This document shows, piece after piece, positions 55,664-64,000 of a stretch of 64,000 nucleotides of DNA. Source of the DNA: Acidobacteriota bacterium (GTDB taxonomy: Bacteria; Acidobacteriota; CAIWXX01); contig JBFMAF010000031.1 in the NCBI GenBank assembly GCA_040755995.1, positions 32,001-96,000 of the forward strand. Direction: 5' to 3'. How positions within the stretch are numbered: position 1 is the stretch's first letter; each line of letters starts with the position of its first letter. Below the pieces are notes generated by a model. The model had not been told where the DNA came from. It did no database searches and worked only from the letters and a program-made list of their open reading frames with translations. The position numbers were made by a program, and so were the translations under genes.

Positions 55664-56896
55664 ATGAAGCTATCAAGGCGCGCCATCAAGATGCCCGCTT
55701 CTCCGATTCGCAAACTGCACCCTCTGGCTGTCGCGGCCAAGAAGAAAGGCGTCGATGTCATTCATCTGAACATCGGCCAGCCGGACCTCGCGACACCACG
55801 GCAGTTCTTCGAAACAGCCGCGCAGTATCCGTCCCCGGTTCTCGCGTACAGCCCGTCTCAAGGCATTCCCGAATTCATCGACGGCCTTATTCAATACTAC
55901 AAGCAGTGCGAAATGCACGTCGAGCCGAGCCAGGTGCTGGCCACGATCGGTGGCAGCGAGGCGATCGTCATGGCGCTGCTCGCGGTGGCCAACCCCGGCG
56001 AGCGCGTGCTCTGCTTCGAGCCCTTCTACACCAACTACTACTCGCTGGCGCTCACGATCGGCGTCCGCGTCGACGTCTGCTCCACCAGCATCCACGACGG
56101 CTTCCGCCTGCCGAGCGAAGACGTGATCCGCACTGCGCTGACTCCCAAGACTCGCGCCATCCTCTTCTGCAACCCGAACAATCCGACCGGCACCGTGCTG
56201 ACTTGCGGCGAGATAGACATGCTCACGCGGATCGTCAAGGACAAAGACATATTCCTGATTGCAGACGAGGTCTACCGCGAGTTCTGCTACGACCGCCCGT
56301 TCGTCTCGATCTGGCACCAGCAGGGGCTCGATGACCGGTTGATCCTGGTGGATTCGCTGTCGAAGCGATTCTCGGCCTGCGGCGCGAGGCTCGGGAGCAT
56401 CCTCACGCGCAACGAGCAGCTCCAGCAGACGTTCCTCCGGATCGGGCAGGCACGGCTCTCGGCCGGCACTTTCGACCAGTACGCCGCAGTCCCGTTCTTG
56501 TCCCTCGAACGCGACTACTATGCGGGCGTCATCGAAGAGTATCGCCGCCGCCGCGACGTGCTGGTGGATGGGTTGCTGCGCATCCCCGGTGTTGCGACGC
56601 GCAAGCCCGAAGGCGCTTTCTATCTACTGGCCGAGCTCCCGATCGACGACAGCAACCGGTTCTGCGCCTGGCTCCTAACGCATTTCCAGTACCAGGGCGC
56701 GACCGTGATGCTGGCGCCGGCCGACGGATTCTACCTCACCCGCGGCAAGGGCAAGCGCGAAGTGCGGCTCGCTTACGTCGTCAACGTCGACCGCCTGCGG
56801 GTGGCCCTGTCGATTCTGGAGAAGGCGCTCGAAGTCTACCCGGGCCGCGTCAAGCCGAGCGTCGCAGAGAAAGAGCTGGAACCCGTCGGCGCATAG
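55664..56896 (+). CDS. Class I/II PLP aminotransferase (aspartate aminotransferase-like)
   Basis: LNIGQPD, NPNNPTG, DEVY, SLSKRFSACGARLG, PEGAFY. Confidence 0.95.
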   Translation: MKLSRRAIKMPASPIRKLHPLAVAAKKKGVDVIHLNIGQPDLATPRQFFETAAQYPSPVLAYSPSQGIPEFIDGLIQYYKQCEMHVEPSQVLATIGGSEAIVMALLAVANPGERVLCFEPFYTNYYSLALTIGVRVDVCSTSIHDGFRLPSEDVIRTALTPKTRAILFCNPNNPTGTVLTCGEIDMLTRIVKDKDIFLIADEVYREFCYDRPFVSIWHQQGLDDRLILVDSLSKRFSACGARLGSILTRNEQLQQTFLRIGQARLSAGTFDQYAAVPFLSLERDYYAGVIEEYRRRRDVLVDGLLRIPGVATRKPEGAFYLLAELPIDDSNRFCAWLLTHFQYQGATVMLAPADGFYLTRGKGKREVRLAYVVNVDRLRVALSILEKALEVYPGRVKPSVAEKELEPVGA

Positions 56897-57008
56897 CTGC
56901 GGCCTCAACGCTCCTCGGGCGGTCTTTCGACTCGAGTCCTCACCGCGTCTCCCCGTCGGCTATGACGATCGCCCGAATGCCCCCTGAGGCGCCGACAACT
57001 GAACGATA

Positions 57009-57043
57009 AAGGGAGGGGGCGAGCGCGATGCTCGCCCTCCCTT
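57009..57043. terminator. Hairpin terminator between convergent genes
   Basis: AAGGGAGGGGGCGAGC-loop-GCTCGCCCTCCCTT. Confidence 0.7.
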
Positions 57044-57066
57044 GCTGTGAACTCGGTAGCCCGTCG

Positions 57067-59310
<2,244 letters not shown>

Positions 59311-59416
59311 TTATTCGTGCTCCTCCTCCCTATATGGTTATGAGCGAATTAGGGTCGTTCTTCTCAGAGGTCTTCCCACGAGTTCGGCTTTCTATGAATG
59401 CCCAAACGGAAGCGGC

Positions 59417-59452
59417 AGTATAAACAAAGGCAGCTTGCGAAATCAAGCTGCC
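59417..59452 (-). promoter_or_regulatory. hppA promoter with inverted repeat over the -35
   Basis: Minus-strand TTGATT-18-TATACT; GGCAGCTTG-N6-CAAGCTGCC at 59429-59452. Confidence 0.55.
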
Positions 59453-59633
59453 GTGAACCGCCAAACCGCCGGCGCGGGCGGTGCCTGGTGGCGGCTGAGG
59501 GGCGGCTCTGGCCCTCGGGCCCGGAGCCCCTATGAGGTGGCGGGCTCCGGGATTAGAATGGCCGGGAACATCAGTGCTGGACGCGCTCATCGGGGATAGG
59601 ATGGCGGGAATCGGCAGGGAGGTACTTGGCGTA

Positions 59634-60233
59634 ATGGAGGGGCAACGATCGCGCCGGCTGCGTTGCGTGCGCTGCGCCCGGAATCCGATAGTCCGGCCGG
59701 GAATGTTTACTACAGCCGTGGCAAACGTCAACGGACCCAGTCTCATCCAGGCGCCTCCGTGGCAACCGAGGCCGCTGGCGGCCTACTACTTGTACTTCGC
59801 TCATCAGCAGGGCACATTGATCGAGCTGTCGGTGGCGGACACGATCGAGGGGCCGTGGCGCGTTCACGCGCCCGGTGTACTGAGGCTCCACGAGACGCCC
59901 TGCCGCCGCCACATCGCCTCACCGGACGTACACCTGGATCTCCGCAGACACAAGGTGTACCTCTATTTCCACGGGGACACGCCGGACGGCCAGCGCACAT
60001 TTCTGGCCGTGTCCTTCGACGGGCTTCATTTCACCGTTCATCCTGCGGTCCTCGGACCGCCGTACTTCCGGGCGTTCCAGCATGATAGCAGCGTGTACGC
60101 AGTCGCCAGAGGAGATGAAGGACCGCGAGTGCTCAGGTCAAGAGACTGGACCGGTCCGTTCACACCGGGACCGCGTCTGCTGCCGCGCGCACGCCACACC
60201 TCGGTCGACGTGGATGGCGACGTCCTCATGCTA
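59634..60233 (+). pseudogene. Truncated beta-propeller glycoside-hydrolase-like protein
   Basis: NPIVRP, NVNGPSLI..P.W, YYLYFAH, GPW, HIASPDV, LYFHG, RH; similarity lost after ~60233. Confidence 0.6.
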
Positions 60234-60477
60234 GAGCGGCTCGGTGTCGAGGATGGTCGCCCGTTCACTCTTGCAGGGTGTCGGCATCGGGCGCATCACA
60301 CTCGGCCAGCGTGCCTGCGAGCCGTTCGGCCAGCGGCCGGCCCGCTCGGAGGCTTTCAGTCCGCCGATCTTATCGAACTCGATTTCTTCTCTACCGAGTC
60401 GGCTTCACCTCACGCGTGCACTTGGGTTAGGATGTGGCGCAACGACGGCGTGATCGCCGCGATTCAGGAGGGAGCAC

Positions 60478-61758
60478 ATGGTCGAGACGGGAAGACAACA
60501 CTCGGGTTCAACCACCATGGCCAGCGTTGTCGGCAACGCTCTGGAGTGGTACGACTTCGCGGTGTTCGGCTACCTGGCTCCGGTCATCGGCCAGCTCTTC
60601 TTCCCCTCCGACGACCCGATGGGCGCGCTCATCAGCGCATTCGGAGCCTTCGCAGCGGGGTACATCGTGCGCCCGATCGGCGGCGTTATCTTCGGCCAGA
60701 TCGGGGACCGGCTCGGCAGGAAGAAGGCCCTGCTGCTTTCGGTGGTGATGATGGGCATCCCCACGGCTCTGGTGGGGTGCCTGCCGACGCACGCCCAGGT
60801 GGGCATTCTCGCCGGCATCTTGCTCGTCATCTTGAGGATCATCCAAGGTGTGTCGGTCGGTGGTGAGCTCATAGGCTCGGTCGCCTACCTGGTAGAGATG
60901 GCGCCGCCCGGCCGTCGAGGCTACTACGGGAGCTACTCCATGGTCACGGCGGTCGGAGGTGTGCTGCTCGGGTCGGGCGCCGGCAGCATCCTCAGCGGCG
61001 TCCTCTCGCCGCAGCAGGTGCAGGCCTGGGGATGGCGGATTCCATTCCTGCTGGGATTGGTCATCTGCGCGATAGGGGCATGGATGCGGCGCGACCTGCA
61101 GGAGACGCCCGATTTTATCGAGGCGGCGCGAACGGGGCGGACTCACCGCATACCGGCGGCCGAGGCACTCCGCAAGCACCCGTGGCGGATCTTGCAGGTG
61201 ACCGCAATGAACGCGATCATGGGGAGCGCCTTCTATGTGCTGTTCCTCTGGATGCCGACATACACGTCCAAGATCCTCCCACACCCGCTCCACCACGGCC
61301 TCTTGCTGAACACCATTTCAATGGCGATCCTGGTGTCGTGCATGCCGCCGGCCGGATGGCTTTCGGACAGGATCGGGAGGAAGCGGGTACTTCTGAGCGG
61401 TGTGGTCGGAATCGCATTCAGCGTCTATCCGCTCTTTCGGCTCATCGAGGACGGCAGCGTACCGGGCACGCTGCTTGCACAGTGCGTCTTTGCAGTGGTC
61501 GTTGCCGCCCTCTACGGGGTCATGCCGGTTTCCGTTATGGAGCTTTTTCCGGCCGCCATCCGGTTTAGCGCGGTGGCCGTAGGGTACAATGTGGCATTCG
61601 CTCTGTTCTGCGGCACAGCGCCGATGGTGAGCACCTGGCTCATCCACAGAACGGGGATTCTCACGGCACCAGCCTTTTACCTGATGGCGCTGGCGATCGT
61701 CGCCCTGCCTGCGTACCTGGCCCTGCGCGAGGCGGGTGCCGATCATAGTGGCGAGTGA
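60478..61758 (+). CDS. MFS metabolite:H+ symporter (ProP-like)
   Basis: GNALEWYDF, RPIGG..FG..GDRLGRK, RIIQGVSVGGE, WGWRIPF. Confidence 0.95.
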   Translation: MVETGRQHSGSTTMASVVGNALEWYDFAVFGYLAPVIGQLFFPSDDPMGALISAFGAFAAGYIVRPIGGVIFGQIGDRLGRKKALLLSVVMMGIPTALVGCLPTHAQVGILAGILLVILRIIQGVSVGGELIGSVAYLVEMAPPGRRGYYGSYSMVTAVGGVLLGSGAGSILSGVLSPQQVQAWGWRIPFLLGLVICAIGAWMRRDLQETPDFIEAARTGRTHRIPAAEALRKHPWRILQVTAMNAIMGSAFYVLFLWMPTYTSKILPHPLHHGLLLNTISMAILVSCMPPAGWLSDRIGRKRVLLSGVVGIAFSVYPLFRLIEDGSVPGTLLAQCVFAVVVAALYGVMPVSVMELFPAAIRFSAVAVGYNVAFALFCGTAPMVSTWLIHRTGILTAPAFYLMALAIVALPAYLALREAGADHSGE

Positions 61759-61842
61759 GTCCCGCGGCTGCAGCGCTCCACGATCCCGTGATTCATCCCT
61801 GCGTGCACAGACTTGCCGCGTCGCCACCGGGGTCGCGGTGGA

Positions 61843-62598
61843 TTACATGCTGAGGACGAAGACCACCCCTCCTGATCCCGGCCCGGCGTAGGGGAAGAAC
61901 GAAAGCCTGGATGCCGTATTCGACTGAGTCCGCAGGGCGGTGCGAGCAGTCAAGTACCCGAGCGTAGCGCCGAAAATCACGTCGCTCAGGTAGTGCTTGC
62001 CCAGTTCTACCCGTGACCAGCTCACCAGGCCGGCGAAAACGTAAGCCGGGACGGAGAGCTTGTATCCGTAGTAGTGGTGAACCACGGTCGCGAACATGAA
62101 GGTGGTAGCAGCATGGCCCGAGGGAAACGAATAGTCCTCCCCGTTGGGCCGGGTTCGGTCCACGGCCAGCTTCAGGCTTCTGTAAATAACCTCGTCCATG
62201 ATGACGGCCTGCCCCAGCGTGAAGCTGAAGGCGCGGAATCTATCGTTCTGCGTGAAGGGTGCGGCGATCACGCACGCCCCGATCAGTGAGCTCATGACAA
62301 CCGGCCCACCCGCGATTTGGCCTGCCTCACCGAACCCCTCGGAGTCCCCCGCCACAGCGTCACTGATCGACTGATCATAGTTGTATGCTAAAGCGGTGCC
62401 GACACCGCCGATGAAGAGTGGAGGCAGGTTGTCGGAGGTAAACAGCCCACAGGTGAAATTGTGTCCGAGTGTGGGAAGGAACTTGCGAAAATCGGTTTCC
62501 CCCCAGTCCGGCTTTCTCCCGGAGCCCTCATCGGCGGCGGCGGGGCATACTATGAACAGAAGCGTGACCACATGGAGCAACCCCGTGAAACGACTCAT
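61843..62598 (-). CDS. PAP2 family phosphatase
   Basis: K.AVDRTRP, SFPSGH, SRVELGKHYLSDV. Confidence 0.92.
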   Translation of the reverse strand: MSRFTGLLHVVTLLFIVCPAAADEGSGRKPDWGETDFRKFLPTLGHNFTCGLFTSDNLPPLFIGGVGTALAYNYDQSISDAVAGDSEGFGEAGQIAGGPVVMSSLIGACVIAAPFTQNDRFRAFSFTLGQAVIMDEVIYRSLKLAVDRTRPNGEDYSFPSGHAATTFMFATVVHHYYGYKLSVPAYVFAGLVSWSRVELGKHYLSDVIFGATLGYLTARTALRTQSNTASRLSFFPYAGPGSGGVVFVLSM

Positions 62599-62947
62599 CC
62601 GCCCTCCACATCAGCTGGAATCCAACTACGCTGCAAGACGCGCACTCTGCTCATGATCGCGAATCGTGAGGCAAGGCGCAACCCCTCGTAGAAGGCTCGA
62701 TACGACGTGCGCGCAAGCCAGCCGCGGCTGGCTGCTCCGATCGCGACCCTGCGTTCATGAACTACGTCAGGGCGTGGCTCGAGCTGAAGAGAGGCGACGG
62801 AACCGTCCAATCCCTTTATGATCACGGGATTTGGGATAAGGACGTCCAAAGACGCGTCCCCTCGCTGGTGTGTGATCTGCCACGTATTCCACTGGACAGA
62901 TTGACGGCCTGCGGCGCACTCAGGCACACAGGTGCCGTTCGAGCGAC

Positions 62948-63160
62948 CTATGCGCTCCGGGAGACCTTTGGCGAGCCGGTCTCCATCTGCAGCCGCGCTT
63001 CTGCTTCCGTGCTCGCCGAAGCAAAGGACACCTTCCGTTGCGGGTTCTTCTGCTCGGCCTGCTTGAGGGCTTCGCACATCGCAGCGATTTCGAATCGGTA
63101 CTTCGCGGCAAACGCTTGGCGCGCACGCCGCGTCTCCTCAACGATCTCGTCGTCCCACAT
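62948..63160 (-). CDS. Small putative antitoxin partner of the PIN protein
   Basis: MWDDEIVEETRRAR; GGAG RBS; 3 bp after the PIN stop. Confidence 0.7.
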   Translation of the reverse strand: MWDDEIVEETRRARQAFAAKYRFEIAAMCEALKQAEQKNPQRKVSFASASTEAEARLQMETGSPKVSRSA

Positions 63161-63163
63161 TTC

Positions 63164-63637
63164 TCACTCCTCCAGGAGCTCCTCCGGCGTGCAAATGACC
63201 GGAGGCCCGTATCCATGCCGGCGGCACGCTTCAACGATCCGCTGGCGACTGACGGCATTGGCAATATGCTTGAGATTCCAGGTGATGAGATAGTCGACGC
63301 CGTGAACAGCAGCTATCGCTACATGGATGGCTTCCGCCGCGAATTCAGATGGGATAGTGTGATCGTCGACCAGGGCCTGCGCGAGAGTGACGACATCGGA
63401 TGTAGTCTCCAGCATTGGGACCTGTTCGATGAGCTTGGCCCTCTCGCTCGCAGCCTGTTGGTCCCCATCGCGCGCCTCCTCCACCACGAGTTGAGAAATG
63501 AGCAGGTCATGGTGCTCTCGACGGCTATCCCACCATTCGTTCGTGATCCGCTGATGGGCTGCGACTAGCAGGTCACGGCTGGGCCGGGCCGCCCGGTAGC
63601 TTATCACAGTGGTTTCAATGTAGGCTTTGGGTTTCAT
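63164..63637 (-). CDS. VapC/PIN-domain toxin
   Basis: YIETTVIS, S.LV.EE..GD, A.H.A.A, YLITWNLKHIAN, ICTPEEL. Confidence 0.9.
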   Translation of the reverse strand: MKPKAYIETTVISYRAARPSRDLLVAAHQRITNEWWDSRREHHDLLISQLVVEEARDGDQQAASERAKLIEQVPMLETTSDVVTLAQALVDDHTIPSEFAAEAIHVAIAAVHGVDYLITWNLKHIANAVSRQRIVEACRRHGYGPPVICTPEELLEE

Positions 63638-63770
63638 ACGCTAGCAGTATATCACTGCAGGGCCGTCGATTCAGAGCACAACGGGAGGCCGGGGCCGGAG
63701 GCCGGCGTTCCCCGCATAGCGCAAGCATGCAGCGGGAATGGGAGGCGCCCCTGTTGCGGCGACCGCAGCC

Positions 63771-64000
63771 CTACGGGCCGGCGTGTCTTTTCAGCGGCAG
63801 CGGCCGGGCGGCGTCGGTGACGGCGTCGATCTTCACCGCATAGCTCGTCTTCTGCGCGATGTCTTCATCCCTGACGATGTGAATGTCGAGGAGGCCGCCG
63901 GTGCGGTACCCTGTTCTGATGTGGTTCATCTCGTCGAGGCAGAGACTCCACCCGTCGAACCAGATCGTGAGCTCGCGCAGCTGCTGTTCGGTTCCGCCGA
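63771..64000 (-). CDS. 3' end of a gene: nucleotidyltransferase-like C-terminal domain as seen on PEP/pyruvate-binding dikinase-like proteins
   Basis: Hand translation ...WFDGWSLCLDEMNHIRTGYRTGGLLDIHIVRDEDI...SYAVKIDAVTDAARPLP; partial. Confidence 0.65.
   Translation of the reverse strand, partial: GGTEQQLRELTIWFDGWSLCLDEMNHIRTGYRTGGLLDIHIVRDEDIAQKTSYAVKIDAVTDAARPLPLKRHAGP

Noticed and set aside
59532..60866. 444-aa ORF as a single protein
   Set aside because: Only about 59634-60233 looks like protein; the rest is run-on sequence overlapping the MFS gene out of frame
63940..63960. Frameshift in the terminal partial gene
   Set aside because: Re-reading shows a continuous frame (FDGWSLC)

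Overview
A 64-kb, GC-rich bacterial chromosome segment. Gene content is most consistent with an Acidobacteriota-like lineage (inference). In order: (1) an ArsR-regulated efflux adaptor gene; (2) about 3.4 kb of mobile-element relics, including an IS21-type end, a serpin fragment, integron-like GTTRRRY/RYYYAAC-bounded cassettes with no integrase, and an IS91/Y2 transposase fragment; (3) a full-length bacterial homologue of the tetraether lipid synthase Tes (GDGT-MAS), followed by a membrane-anchored PhnD-like binding protein and a Ser/Thr kinase fused to an IPC-synthase-type PAP2 domain; (4) a ~28-kb surface-glycosylation locus with WecE/WecD-like enzymes, GT2/GT4, a flippase, about five GT-C-like membrane proteins, a secreted B-repeat protein and an embedded double-domain ThyX; (5) feoB-dtxR, rrf2-porin, patatin, SDR and radical SAM genes; (6) tRNA-Lys and tRNA-Glu, followed by a decayed island with toxin-antitoxin modules and an integrase remnant; (7) an aminotransferase, K+-independent HppA, MFS, PAP2 and a PIN module. 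The best candidates for undescribed biology are the PhnD-like/kinase-PAP2 pair beside tes, the integrase-less cassette region linked to a Y2 transposase, and a non-canonical two-gene TA-like module at 54.3-55.0 kb. All assignments come from motif recognition by eye; no database searches were run.
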